Source of the DNA: Rhina ancylostomus
Lineage: Eukaryota
DNA: 64,000 nucleotides
Reading direction: 5' to 3'
Assembly (NCBI GenBank): GCA_030265395.1
Contig: JARFYF010000029.1
Location: 15,954,842-16,018,841, forward strand
This document shows positions 13,771-27,420 of this stretch, one piece after another (position 1 is the first letter of the stretch; the number at the start of each line of letters is the position of its first letter). Made by a program: the position numbers and the translations under genes. A model generated the notes under the pieces. It made no database searches. It was not told the DNA's origin and was given only the letters and a program-made list of their open reading frames with translations.

Positions 13771-16289
13771 AAGAATAGGATGTGGTGTGTAAAGCTCAGT
13801 TTTGGGTACAGAGGACACAAAATTTTGCAAAGTCTGGTTCAACTTAAGAGAATGGTTGGATAGAAGAACAAAAATCAAGTGAAGGCAATACATCTTCAAG
13901 AGGGAACGGCAGTGGAAAGAAAAGTCCTTGAAGAAAATGAAAATTAAGGAAAAACAGGAGGGAGGGAACATAGCAGAATACAGGCACACATTTCTGGGTG
14001 TGTGTCTGTATTCTGCTATGCTGGACTAGAATGAGAGAAGAAAGAACACATTTAACCATATAACCTTGGAGACTAAATCAGTTGAACCACATCAAATAAT
14101 GGAGAAAGATCACAAAGGAATAGGGATAATGCCGGGTAGTTCTAGACAGCACCAGTCATAATCTAGATCAGGAGCTCGACTGGATGGTTTCAAACAGGAA
14201 GAACTAAGCACAGGGCTGAAAATTTGAGTTGCCAATATATAGCTAGTTTTAAGCTCAAATTTAAGAAAGGGAAGTAACCAGTTTTTATTTACCATTGGTT
14301 AATTAAAGTTATCCACCTATTACATGAAAATTAGTCAAAGGGGTAAATGAATAGCCATATTTTAATAGTTTGGATTAAATCTAGAGCCCATACAGGAAGC
14401 CAAACATACAGGTCTAGCTTTACAGATGGAAATTCCTGGAAAGCAAAGTAAATGCAAAAATTAAGTCTGTCAATACAAGATGAGTATTTTATCTTTTGAT
14501 TTCTTTATTTAAAAGTTGGAAAATAAAGTAGAATTTTGTGACTTTGATTACATAGTCACTTATATCTGGGAAATAAGCAGCTTAAAGATTGGCATCTCAA
14601 AATAAGATCTCAAACTGCTTTTGAAAGCTCTGCTGTACTTTCTATTTTGTGCTCACCTATTCTAATGTTTCCTTATATACCTTGTTTCCAAATTTTGAAC
14701 AGTAATATACCTGAGAAATATATTGGAAAATTACACCACATTAAAAGGATGCCATATGAACGCAAGCTGTTATTAGTAAGATTGGAGAAGTATATATATA
14801 GAAACAAGTTTGAGTTTTCATGTTTGATCACAAAAATTGCTGCATTTCCCCACTAGCTGTTGTACAATGCTAGATCAACATTGTGAACTGCCAACACATG
14901 AAAGACATGCCATTTTACAGGAAGGAGCAGCACTGTTCTGGACTGCATCTAAGGAATTTGTTCTATTCAACAATGCTTACTACCTATATCTTTTAATTAA
15001 CTACAGATCATCTAGCTTGAAATGATGCAGCACTGTTAATCCTTTGTTGTGGATCACTAAGTATTTCACGTCTAACCTAAAATGATAAATCTCCCTCCAA
15101 CTCAGTAAGAGTTGTTTCCTCTACACAATCTTATCTACATTTGGATGTCCCTGAAGCATAACATAACTACTGGCTTACAGAAATCCTCAAGAAACATTAT
15201 TTTCTAATGAACTTTCCTTTATTTGACAAGGAAAATGCAGCTTTATTATATACTGTGGTACTTTCATAAATACTAATATTGATCCAACTAAATTGATATG
15301 TACAAAGCAGACAAAAATAGACTACTCTTCTCAAAAAATTGAGGGTAGTAACTTCAGTACCAGCAACAATACAGCTACACCGAGCAAGTAACAGCAGCTC
15401 CAAGTAACAGAACCAAAGAAACTATACATATCTAGCATCTATTCTACCTGGAGAGTTCAAACTATGGTCACAATAGCTTCCCTTTAATTTTGCCCCTAGC
15501 CTCCCACTTGATGTACAATTAAAGTCTTTACCATATGAATGCTGTGTTTTCACACTGTTCTAATACACCTACCATTGAAACTTCAATCTCTATCAAAAGA
15601 CTTAATTTATATTCACTTGCATTGTTCAGCTTTATGGCAACAAAAATACTAACCTACAACATTTTTTGTTAATGGAAGGATCATATATTTGTTAGCATTT
15701 CACTGTTTCTCTTTATAATCTGTTAAATGGGTAACATTAGACTTCCTAGGGATTTATATCTTTGTCTCTGGTGCTTTCATTAATACTTGACAACATGGTT
15801 TATAGGAGAAGTAGTATACTTAAAAACTTGGCATTGTTCATTAATAGTTAATTATAATAACAGAAGTCCTAAAGCAACACAAAGGTTTGTGTAAATATCA
15901 CCCTGATCCTGAAATGTTAAATTTTATGCTTTCTTTTATTTTTAAATAAAAGATCGCAGAGATCACTTCAAGTAAATCAGAGAAAACCATTAAAAAATTC
16001 AATACATTTATTAATCGTTATTAAACCATGCATTAATCAAAGAGCAAACTAGTTACCTGTAAACTTGAATCTATGAAAGATATTGCATTGTTCAAACACT
16101 AAGTTCTATCCTTCAATCTGTGATGCCAACACAATTGTCATAATTTTGATTGACAGTGGCCCAATTTCTAGACTTGACGTCAATATGAAATGATTTAGTC
16201 CTCTCCCATTAGCCCTATATGTACTGTATTACGAACCGGAGAGGTCTTAAGCTTTGATTTTTTCTGCTGATTTGGATGTCAATTGCAAT

Positions 16290-16860
16290 GCCAAAAATAA
16301 GATGATTTCTTACTTTTGTTCATGATCTTTCTATCCTTCATGAGTGTCTGAAATATGAAACCAGTTTCAACTAAACAAGTAGAGGTTGATTAACTTCCTG
16401 TGCATCCTCTCAAAACCTTGAACAAAATGGCTTAGAGTGTAGAAATAATGACAAAATTGTATGAAAGAATTGAGAACTTCTGAATATATATTTTCCATGT
16501 TTCAATGCAGAACTGAAGAGAAAGGCACCATCCCTTAAGAAGGATAGCAATCCAAAATTTATCCTCAATGAATAATAACATTTCCCAATGGCAATGACAA
16601 TCAAGAATTTTTTTTCTTTAATCAACTGTACTATTTCTTTCAATAATTCCTTTCACTCAAAGATTTTAATGAATCTATTTCTTTCCATCCTTTGGTGTAA
16701 AATGAGATGTGGAATCCTACTGAAATATTCATTTAAAAACATACTAAATCCAAAATAGAAAAAATGCCATTACCATTAAAAAGTCCATTCTAGCTGAGTT
16801 TGTGGGGTTTATTGCATCATGAATGTTCCTGGTACATCATCCATAAATTTTTAGTTCAGG
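16290..16860 (-). mobile_element. Possible very old L1/Tx1-type LINE RT relic
   Basis: Frameshifted remnants in RT order: RNIHDAI, HWEMLLFIEDKF (compare VEW.YL...LEKFG), RGC-Q...PLL (compare RGCRQGCPLSPLLF). Weak. Confidence 0.3.
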
Positions 16861-19524
16861 AAGAACTACTTTCACCTGAAAAGAAATTCAGGAAATGTTG
16901 CTAATTATCTGTATAACCTTTGATCCCAATTCTGAACAAATATCAACACAGCTTTTGTTTGGAGCAGAGATCTGTTACCCTTGGATAAAGAAAATGATTT
17001 TATTTCCTTTGAACTTTTTTTTCTGAGGCTTCAGAATTTTCATGTCTTCTAATCCTATGCTTATTATGATAAAAACATTTCCTTTTCTCTCTGATAACTG
17101 GATATTAATTATGAACACATGTACAATGTGCACCACACCTTTTCTCAGCAAATACATTTAGACATATAAGCCTTTCTTCATTAAGTGGTTTTCAGATGAA
17201 GAGAGTCATCCGTTATATTTCTTTCAACCATTTCTAATACATCTCCTTCTCTTCATAATTCTGTTGATCAAAACTGCAAACTAACTCCTAAATTGGATTA
17301 GTTATGAGCTTTCATTTTTAAGCTTTAGAATGCTGATTTCATCCATTTCCAGATACAAATCGCATCCATCATTCCCATTTCTGGTGAAATGTAATTTTAT
17401 CAAACACCTATACCCTTTATAGCTTGCAAAATGGCAAAAGAATCATCCAGCATGTGCATGAATGGAAGAAAAAAGTTGGAATTCATTAAAAAGAACTGCG
17501 ACAAATTGTTTTGTAGTTTACAGCATCAGGCAGCAGCTATCAGCTGCAACAGATTGCAAATTAAAGAGAATAAACAAAAGCAAACTATGCAGGCAGTAAT
17601 TTCAGTTTTACAAAATAAGAATGAGAAGCTGTATAACAGGCCTATAGTAAAACTGCATTTCCTATTTCTCATTAAAAACAGTTGTTGATTATGGAAGTTG
17701 CAGAAACGCGGAAAAACTTTTAAACAAAATTAAGAACAAATGGGAAAAATGATAATATTATTCCCAAAACATTGTTCACCATCTTCTCACTGGTACAGTG
17801 ACACAAAGAACAAGCTATCAACATTTAAAAAAAAATGTACAGGAGACTTAAAGACGTAACAGGGTCAGACTTGTAGGTTGAATCACACCAGCCACCATAA
17901 TACTAAGGGTAAGAGCCGAAGCATTGCTGGGAAGGACTCAAATCATGACGACGATCAGGCAGTAGGCTTCCACTGTGGAGCTCAGTGCTGCAAGAAACAC
18001 CCTCTCTTAACTTAGCATGGCTGAACACCCAGAAGTAGGAAGGACCACATCCTCTACACCTCCTGTCCTACCACCTTCCAACAGTACCAGCTTTATTTAA
18101 AAGGAATTATCAACAATTTGCATGCAAGTTATTTGATGACAGCATGTGGTCATTATTTTCCACAATTTTGGAAGTGCTTTGTGTTTTCTACACTTATTTC
18201 AAGGTGAAAGTGTCTCCAGGTAATAGCATAGTAGGTGCCTAATAAATATTTCAGGCGTAAAATATACTGTGCAATCTGGCAGGTCTTGGACACAAGTTAA
18301 TAGGGATTCCCCTTGTAATGTAGCATGACTAGCAGAATGAACAGAGTGTGCAAAGATTAGGGCATACAGAAGGAAAGGAGGAGCCAAAAAACAACTTTCC
18401 CAAGGTGTTTAAGAACCAATTCTCCAGCCAAAATCACTACAAGGAACTCTGTGCAAAATCTCTGATCTTCAATAAGATCGTCCGCTGTGATACTGCCGAC
18501 AGGTCCAGTCATAGTTCCAACCTCAAATCAGTACAAGGACTGTGATGTGAATAGCTCTAAAGGTAACTGCAATTAACTTGTATGACTGACTGCATCCAGG
18601 CTGGAGCAATGAGCAATAAATTAATAAAAAGGATCTTTATGATTTCCTGAAATTACGTGCAAGAGTTCAATAGAATTTCAGCACTTTCACAAACAACAGA
18701 CAAAGGACAGACAACTATTTATTGAAAAACTGATTGTGTCAGAATAGCAAATGACAAAAGTGACGAGGCTGCAGTCTTAGAGCATTAAACTTATTCTCCA
18801 ATGACATTTTATCAAACTGTATAAACTCTTAAATCAGCACCTACTTTACAAAAGTTTTTAGAAAATTTATCGTGGGTATGAATAAAAATGTCACAAAGTA
18901 AAAAGTCATGGTCAACTACAGAAAAAGACAGACCTCTGGAAAGAGTTCAACTAAAATCTGTATTCAGCAGACTGCACATCTTGCAATACTGAGTAAGCCT
19001 GCTGCTGAACTTGCTTCTCTTTTCTTGAACAATGTGTGTGTGGGCAACTCAGGCCTAGGCAGTATGACATGAGGCAATCTTTGGTTGACTTCAAGTATGG
19101 CATTACTGAAGGTCAGGGCACATGAAACCAATGACTCTGTTCATTTTGCACAATAGCCTCACTGCATTAGGCATCATTGTTTGGAACAATTTTGCTGTAA
19201 TATACCTAAATAAAATCCTGCGTCAAGTTACAACAACCTTTTTGAAATGCCACAGGCAGATCTCACATGAAGTGCTCAAATACAATTTTCTCCACATTTA
19301 ATCCTGTTACCAACAGAGATTTTGTTGAAAGAAAATGACACATTTAATTTCCCTATCTTTCAAGTTAAACCACACTGCCTTCTCTTTATTCCTCAATGAG
19401 TTCTGCTTTTATTGCAAGTGTTTTTATACATACAACTTTGTACCAACATAGTAAAATATATACACAGGTAAATAAAGAAACATCAATGAAAGTAGAAAAT
19501 GCATTTTATATTCAAACCTGAGAG

Positions 19525-19678
19525 AGATTTTTCATCAGTAAGGGAATCAAGGGTGATGGGGAAAGGGCAGGAAAGTAGAAGCAAGGAAAGTTGGATCAGC
19601 TATGATCTTACTGAATGGCTAAGCAGGCTCAAGGGGCTAAATGGCATCATCTGCTCCTATTTCTTCTGGCCTTATGGT
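19525..19678 (+). mobile_element. CR1 (HER1-like) LINE 3-prime terminal fragment
   Basis: AAGGGAATCAAGGG...GATCAGCTATGATCTTACTGAATGGC...GGCTCAAGGGGCTAAATGGC...CTGCTCCTATTTCTT. Confidence 0.75.
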
Positions 19679-20414
19679 CCAAATTTATTTTGCAAAGCAG
19701 TTAAAACAAGCTTAGAAATAACCAAAGCTATATCCAGTCAGAAGGCAGTACAGTCCACTGTCGAGTATTTTGTGCAAAGCATCACACTGCTGTTTACATC
19801 TACAGCACTCCTCATCATGTTTAGGGTGCAAGAGGAACAGAAGAGATTCCACAAAGGATATCTATCTGCCAATAGCATCACGCATAAATTCCATCCGGCA
19901 GGCTTCAGTACATCTGGTGCTGGATTCTTAATGCCCCGAGAAAGAAACCTAAATTCTAGCAGCGACATACTTTGTTTGCACACCAGTGACTACAAAATTA
20001 CACAAATGAATTCAAGTTCCTAATTCTCCAGATTATCCAGTTTATTTTGTAGCACAGCTGTTTACTTATTTAAACATTAACCTGTAACCTGTCTGCTGCT
20101 TTTGACTTCAGTGACTGAACTTTGGCTGGCGATTGTTCTTCTGCTGCTGGATTCCTTCAGTTCAGTAGCTCACTTTCTGCTGAAGCACTGTCAGCTATTC
20201 AATTTGGCAGCTTCAAGAAATGAGCAAGGACAATTCTTTAATTAGTTCATGTGACCCAGGCAGAACTCCCCAGCACATCAGAAAAAACACAGTCTGGGCA
20301 TCCACATACTGAAAGTTGAAGATTAATAAAGGTCGCATACCAAAGCATTCAGAGGGGTAGCGCAGGGACTCACATCAAGCCATTATTCATACCATTTAAA
20401 CTTTTTAAAATTTA

Positions 20415-20815
20415 TATAGCACAGTAACAGGCCCTTCCAGCCCAACGAGCTAGCACCTCCCAATTACACCAATGTTAACCTACTAACCNNNNNNNNNNNN
20501 NNNNNNNNNNNNNNNNNNNNNNNNNNNNNNNNNNNNNNNNNNNNNNNNNNNNNNNNNNNNNNNNNNNNNNNNNNNNNNNNNNNNNNNNAATTACACCCAT
20601 GTTAACCTACTAACCTGTATGTCTTTGGAATGTGGGAGGAAACTGGAGCACCCGGAGGAAACCCACGTAGTCACAGGGAGAACGTACAAACTCATTATAG
20701 ACAGCGGTGGGAAATTGAACCCCAATTGCTGGCACTGTAATAGTGTTATACGTAATAGTGCTGTAATATCTTATCTATCTAGTGTTAGGCTAACCGCTAC
20801 GCTACCGTGCTGCCC
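20415..20815 (-). mobile_element. V-SINE, relatively young, spanning an N-gap
   Basis: TGTGGGAGGAAACTGGAGCACCCGGAGGAAACCCACG...GGGAGAACGTACAAACTC (V-domain reverse complement), tRNA head ending CTACGCTACCGTGCTGCCC, tail ACAGGCCCTTCCAGCCC. Confidence 0.88.
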
Positions 20816-20944
20816 AGAATTTAAGTCAGCCATCCATACTATTTCATCAACCAAGTCAGAGCAGCCAAGAGAAATACATCTGTCACTATTCCAAAGGAAC
20901 ATAAGGAATTAAAGAAGAATATCCAGCTCCTCCACTAGAAAACA

Positions 20945-22100
20945 AAGGTCAACAGTGGATGCAATCTCACTGGCTCTCCACTCAGCTTCGGAGCACCTAG
21001 ACAACAGCAAAACATATGTCAGGCTGTTGTTTGTCGATTACAACTCAGCGTTCAAAATCATCATCCCCTCAGTACTTATCAACAAGCTTCAAACCCTGGG
21101 CCTCAGTATTTCCCTCTGCAACCAGATCCTCAACTTCCTTATAGGGAGACCACAGTCAGTGCGGATCAGTAGTAACATCTCCTCCTCGCTGACGATCAAC
21201 ACAGGCGCATCTCAAGGACGTGTGCTTAGGCCACTGCTCTACTCTCTTTACACTCATGACTGTATGGCTAGGCACAGATTAAACGTTATCTATAAGTTTG
21301 CTGATGACATTGTTGTTGGCAGAATCTCAGATGGCAATGAGGAGGCTTACAGGAGTGAGATAGATTGGCTGGTTGAGTGGTGTCGTAACAACAACCTTGC
21401 ACTCAATATCAGCAAGACCAAGGAACTGATTGTGGACCAGAAAGGGAAAGTTGGGAGAACACACACCAGTCTTCATAGAGGGGTCAGCAGCGAAAAGGAT
21501 GAACAGCTTCAAGTCCCTGGGCGTCAACATCTCAGAGGATCCATCCGGGGCACAACACATTGATGCATTCATGAAGGCGGCACGCCTGTGGATCTACTTC
21601 ATTAGGAGTTTGGAGAGATTTGATACATCACCAAAAACTCTTGCAAATTTCTACAGATGTAGGATGGAGAGCATTCTGATTGATTGGGTGGAATGGAGGC
21701 TCCAATGTGCAGGATCAAAAGAGGCTGCAGAGGGTTGTAGATTCAGTCAGCTCCACCACAGAAACAACCCTCACCGTCATTGAGGACATCTTCAAGAGGT
21801 GGTGCTTCAAGGCGGCAGCATCCATCATTAAAGACCCTCGCCACTCGGGACACACCCTCTTCACGTTGTTACCATCGGGTATGAGGTACAGGAGCCTGGA
21901 GACCCACACTCAATGTTTCAGGAACAGCTTCTTCCCCTCCACCATTAGATTTCTGAACCCCCGAACACTAACTACCTCATTATTCCTCTTTGCACTATTT
22001 AGCTTTGTAACTTATAGTAATTTTTATGCCTTGCACTGTACTTCTGCCACAAAATAACAAATTTCACAACATATGTCAGTAATAATAAAACTGGTTCTGA
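20945..22100 (+). mobile_element. Rex1/Babar LINE, 5-prime-truncated, frameshifted RT plus 3-prime UTR
   Basis: [11 protein letters not shown]...[13 protein letters not shown]...[21 protein letters not shown]...KFADD...[28 protein letters not shown]; ends AATAAAACTGGTTCTGA. Possible TSD GAAAACA (20938-20944 and 22099-22105). Confidence 0.92.
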
Positions 22101-24909
22101 AAACAGGCATCTGCAGAGACAAGAGCATCACTAATTGCCTCCAGGGCCACCTCACACTAACTTGCTCTATTTAGAGGATTTTTCTGTCTCATAATTTTGT
22201 CTTCCAGTAAGCATTGGGTGGATTCAGTCTGTTGCTTGGACTTGCCAGCTGAAGTGCCTTGAAATATACTTACTTAAAAAGGGTAAAGAAATAAACAGCT
22301 TAAATTACACTTTTCCTCCTAACCTCCTGGACAGGAATTCCCATTCAAATGAATGGGGACTCCAAATCTGAGCCAGTCCTGGCTGGCATATGATTAGAAA
22401 GGTGGATTCCCTAGTGTAATGCTCGGGAATTCCAGCAAGATCGGGCTCCAGAATTGGATTCTACAGAGACTTCGTAGAGTCCAGCGATGGAGTGGGGTGC
22501 CAGAATCCCTGGCATCTTGAACCTGCTGTGTGTGTCAGCACAAGTCCTATGATTTGCTTACTGGGAGTGCAGGAATGAACTGGTTCTACTCGGATAAGCT
22601 GGCACAATTCAATCCATTCTTTGTAAAAGGGACTGTTCAGGCACTCCTTCAGACATTTTGTTCCCAAAGTTAGCTTGTAAGATACCATGCACAGCAAAGA
22701 TCACAGAAATTATGCAAATTAAATTCAGACAGACTGTCTGTGGTACTGCAGCAGTTCTGAGCACAATCATTTTTTCCTTCAACCACACAAATTATTCCTT
22801 GGAGTTCCACCAACTGCCAGGTTAGTACATGGAAGCAAAAAAAAAGACATTTAAATGACTAAAGTTGAACTCCCTCCCCTCTGATTGCTCAAGTCCAATC
22901 AAGTCTACTGAGTAAAATCTTCTTAAGCTAATAAACTAAAGTTAGTAATGTTTTGACAGGTACTGTACTTATTTCAAAGGAAATTTTCTTTTTTTTCTTT
23001 TGAGTTATATAATAAACCTGCATGTGACAACATAAAATCTGCCCTTCTGTCTGCTCTTCAGGCTGTTTTTCAAAAGCTTCTCTCTTCCACCCCGCAAAAT
23101 TGGTACATAAATTTTCACACACAAAAAAACAATTTATTATTTCACAGATCATCTACATCACACAGTAGAAGGGAAGATAAAAGTAGAGACTTGAAGCATT
23201 GGACAGAAACATTTGATGATCAACTAAGATTAACACTTTGAAAACCTCAAACAAAATTGGAAACTGAGGACGCAGGCAACAGTGAACGTACATCAGTTAC
23301 AAAATAATAATCTTTCAGCAGCCACACACATATTTATATTAAAATATCATTTCAACAACGTTTTAATGCTGCAGATGTAATTATGACAGTAATCAGACAG
23401 AAATAAAATCGATTTGTTGTTGGTAGTTATTTTAAAACAATGGATTAGTGTAATAAATTGACAAATTTAACAGCAGACGTTTTCACATTATTGGTGAGCA
23501 TGCAAATACATATGGCCTATACCAATTAAGTGTAAAATAGTTCCATAGACCTCCCTTGCCTGTGTAAAGTTATATTTGATTTAATTTAATGCTCAAGACA
23601 AAAGCATGAATTTGCATCACAAAATCAAACATGTTACAAGTGACATTAAACAAAGCTTCATCTGCCATTCAAAACAAAATCCCACAGTATAAAGACAAGT
23701 GGCTGAAGTTGCCAAACACAGATTCTTTCAATCGTTCCTGAACTGCTGACCTTAACTTCTGTGTCATTCACATTTGTGATGAAAACACACTCCACATTCG
23801 ACAATCTCAAAGGGGATAGATTTCTCAGATTCTTCAAAACATTGTGAATTAAAGATTTGCATCTCCAGAATCAAGGCAAATTAAGTTTCAACTATTTACT
23901 TTANNNNNNNNNNNNNNNNNAAGATACGAGTGACAGCAAAGAAACCACTGCCCATAGCAGCTTTTGTCTTGACACTTATTTAGATCAGATTTTAACTGGA
24001 AGGCACACACCCATGAAAACATGGTTCACAATTCAACCATCCAGATAAAGTTAATGATTTAGCAATGAAAATGCTAAAAGCTGGAGCATGGATGCTGGTC
24101 TCCTAGAGCCCAATGATAAACAAGAATTGAACAAAAGCAATGTTTGAAATTTGATTCTTTAAGTGTTTATTGAGAAATACAGAGACTACCATCTAGAAAC
24201 TAAAAAGGTATCTGTTTAAAGCATTAAACAATTAGGTCATGGCAGACCAAAGAACATTTCGTAGGAGAGCCTGTTACCTAAAATTCTGAAGCACACAAGG
24301 CACGGCTGCACTACTGACCAGGCTTGCCAAAGGAAGTGGCACTGTGGAGCACAGAAAGGAAATTAACCACATCCAGCATGTGTGGACAGGGCAAGAACAT
24401 AGAGAGGAAAGCCATGTCGGGAGGGGTTTGGGGTCTGTCAAGACTTGGGTCAACTGGATGGTGTGGTGGTAGACAGAGAATGGAGCTGGTTTTCATCAGC
24501 AAGATTTTAAATTTAAGAGTGCATATAGAATTGCTTGTGCAAAGTTTAATCATACACTGGAAGGACATTACAAAAAACATCACAGAATTTTGTTACATTT
24601 ATTTTCCAGTACAAGATATATTGAACACAAAACTATTCAAAAGATTATACATACCATGCAATACATTGAGATTGCAAGGTTTAACCAAGGCAAAAGGTTG
24701 CAGAGTAGTTTACATTATTTAAGGGAATAAGTCAATAGCCATTATGTATTAATTCCTTTTTTAAAAAAATCAAATGCAGTATTATAAGGTTTGGGAAATT
24801 CAAGACATATTTGTGTCATTCATGGATATTCAATGAAAAGCAGAACTTTGTTTCCAAGCTGTTAAATTATAACAAGTGCATGAAGAGCACGTCAAAACCA
24901 TCTGAAAGG

Positions 24910-26000
24910 CAGATGGAGTTTTAGAGCAGAAAACAAACTGCTGGAGGAATTCAGCATCTGTGGGGGGGGGGGGGGGGTGGGGAAGAAGGAAGGAAGAGGA
25001 ATGTTGATGTTTTGAGTTGAGTCCCTGCACCAGGATTGAGAGTGGAAAGGGAAGACAGCTAGTGTAGGGAGGAAAGGGAAAGGAGTGAAACAGATGGTAG
25101 GTGATGGTGGACCAAAATGGGCAAGGGATGATGGGCAGAAGGAGTCAGTCGGTCGAAGGTGGAGCAGACAAGGAAAGGCAAATGGAGACAGGCAGGCTGA
25201 AGGTGGAGACAGGCTGGAGGGTGATAAGCACAGACACAAGGGCTATCAGTGCTAGAATCCGATAAGGAAGATGATAATGGTAAGCATCAAGGGAGAGAGG
25301 AAGGGCAGATGGAACTAGATAGGTAAATGGTGGGTGAAGCATGTGTAAAGTAGGTAGATGGAACCATGAGGGGAAGGGGAACAACAAAGGGTGATGGAGT
25401 ATCTGAAGAGGTCCAAGGGAAAGGGAATAAAAATGTNNNNNNNNNNNNNNNNNNNNNNNNNNNNNNNNNNNNNNNNNNNNNNNNNNNNNNNNNNNNNNNN
25501 NNNNNNNNNNNNNNNNNNNNNNNNNNNNNNNNNNNNNNNNNNNNNNNNNNNNNNNNNNNNNNNNNNNNNNNNNNNNNNNNNNNNNNNNNNNNNNNNNNNN
25601 NNNNNNNNNNNNNNNNNNNNNNNNNNNNNNNNNNNNNNNNNNNNNNNNNNNNNNNNNNNNNNNNNNNNNNNNNNNNNNNNNNNNNNNNNNNNNNNNNNNN
25701 NNNNNNNNNNNNNNNNNNNNNNNNNNNNNNNNNNNNNNNNNNNNNNNNNNNNNNNNNNNGCAGGGGGTGGGGGTGCGAAAGAAAGGAAGATGATGACTGG
25801 TGGTGGGATGCCATTGGAGCTGGTAGCGAGGGAGGTGGCATTGGAAAAAGTGGTGCAGTTACAAGGGAATGTGCCAGGGGTCAGGGATGGGTGGTTAGGG
25901 AGGGATGAATGTACTAGGGAAACAATAAAGGGGTGTGGTGGAGAAGCTGTGGCTTGTGGTGGGATCCTCTTTGAAAGTGGTGGAAATGACGAAAGAATGG
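24910..26000 (-). mobile_element. Penelope-like element fragment (ORF linker region plus terminal repeat), gap inside
   Basis: Minus strand with frameshifts reads RHFHHFQ-DPTTSHSF and SLVHSSLPNHPSLTPGTFPCN (PLE RT to GIY-YIG linker), then a long pyrimidine tract and terminal CCTGGTGCAGGGACTCAACTCAAAACATC...CAGATGCTGAATTCCTCCAGCAG. Confidence 0.75.
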
Positions 26001-27219
26001 GTTTTATTGTTCTTGCAATTCACATGAAACTAAAGAACATCTCATTAAGTTTGCAGAGCCATTGTTTATCAGTTTGATTCCTCAACACAGAGTGAGACAC
26101 TTGCTGTACATTTCAAAATATAAATAAATTTATATTTTGTCTTCAATATTTTGGTTAACAAATCGAACTATGGAAGAAGTTCAGGAAGGAAAAGAAAACA
26201 CAGGAAATACATGGCACCTACAAAGAATGCTCACTCACGGGTCAAGGTGCTCCTGTGTGCTGTTAACCCAGAAGGTATGCTTGCATAGGTTGCACTTTAA
26301 AAGGAAGCTATCAATTACATAATGTTACAGGTCACAAACTGACATACAGATCAAGTTTCCAACTACACCGCGCTGACATTAAGTTTGAAGGTCACAGTCA
26401 CTCTGAACTTTCATATTTCAGGATTATATAAAGCTGCTCCTGTGGATATCAATAATACTGTAAACAGCAATTTCATCATATGCATAAATCATATTTGTGC
26501 TGACTCCTTTAGGAAACAGCATTCTCCAAGGAACAACATTGACAGCATGATAACTTATGAAAGAAGAGAAAGAATTACATTTTTCGCAAAATCAATTGAG
26601 TCAGATGACATCAAGCATCATATTGATTTTTATAATCAATCTCACCACCCATACCAACAAATGGATTTCCACTTATGATCGGTATATTACTCTACAGCTA
26701 AAAAGACTGAAATGCCATAGAAATATGTGCTGTGGTGTCACAAACTGAGAGATAAATACTCCATCCAACCTGTCATTCCTGCACCTCCTTGGGGATTGAT
26801 CCCAATGTTTTCACAGAGGTTTAATGTTCACAAATATCCTTTCAGGAACCAAAACCAACACGATCCAAAATGAGATCTGTGACTTCATTCTTCTATGCCC
26901 AGCTCCTACCAACAGGATTGTGTTTCACTTTATCCTCTCCCACTTAGTTATATGTCTAATGCCCTTGTTGCCAGCCAGAGGCCTGAAACATGGAATTGAC
27001 TGTGATGTAATATTGAGTCAATCTTTAATTTGTTGAATGTATTGGAACATAGCAGCACATTTTGAAAATCAAGGGAGTTATGAATGGCACTGCTAGCAAA
27101 ATGTCCAATGTTGAGATACTTTGTATTATGCAATAACTGCATTTTGAATGTCTAGCCGAAAGAGGAATGAATTAAAAAGAGGTTGGCAAGAGTGGCAAAA
27201 ATGGATCTGCATTCCAGTT

Positions 27220-27420
27220 CTTGGCATGGTTGAAATCTCCCAATACAATGAAAAATGTATCGGGGTGTGCAGTCTGCTGTTCACTAATGGGATCATACAG
27301 TTCCATCAGGGCCTCTTTAGAATTAGCACTAGGAGGGATATACACCGCCCCCACAATGATGCTTGTGAAATCCCTCGACAGGTAATATGGCCGACACTTT
27401 AATAATAAAAACTCCACTAG
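27220..27420 (-). mobile_element. Rex1/Babar LINE APE-endonuclease fragment, inverted relative to the adjacent 3-prime part
   Basis: VEFLLLKCRPYYLSRDFTSIIVGAVYIPPSANSKEALMELYDPISEQQTAHPDTFFIVLGDFNHA. Confidence 0.88.

Noticed and set aside
19852-19861. U12-type donor-like ATATCCTTT on the minus strand
   Set aside because: Sequence upstream does not encode an ATXN10 exon; a chance 9-mer.
19499-20023. 174-aa plus-strand ORF
   Set aside because: Its 5-prime third is CR1 3-prime UTR, there is no recognisable domain, and no splice or promoter support.
20461-20615. AATTACACC-ATGTTAACCTACTAACC repeated either side of a gap
   Set aside because: Same gap-overlap artefact, inside a SINE.
24962-24977. 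Poly-G run (also near 55656-55669) as a G-quadruplex element
   Set aside because: Lies within retroelement relics, and homopolymer length is unreliable in short-read assemblies.
25287-26077. Long ORFs of 180-228 aa in the ORF track
   Set aside because: Open only because they run through N-gaps; the same applies to ORFs at 2036-2414, 11100-11537, 38577-38953 and 48909-49255.
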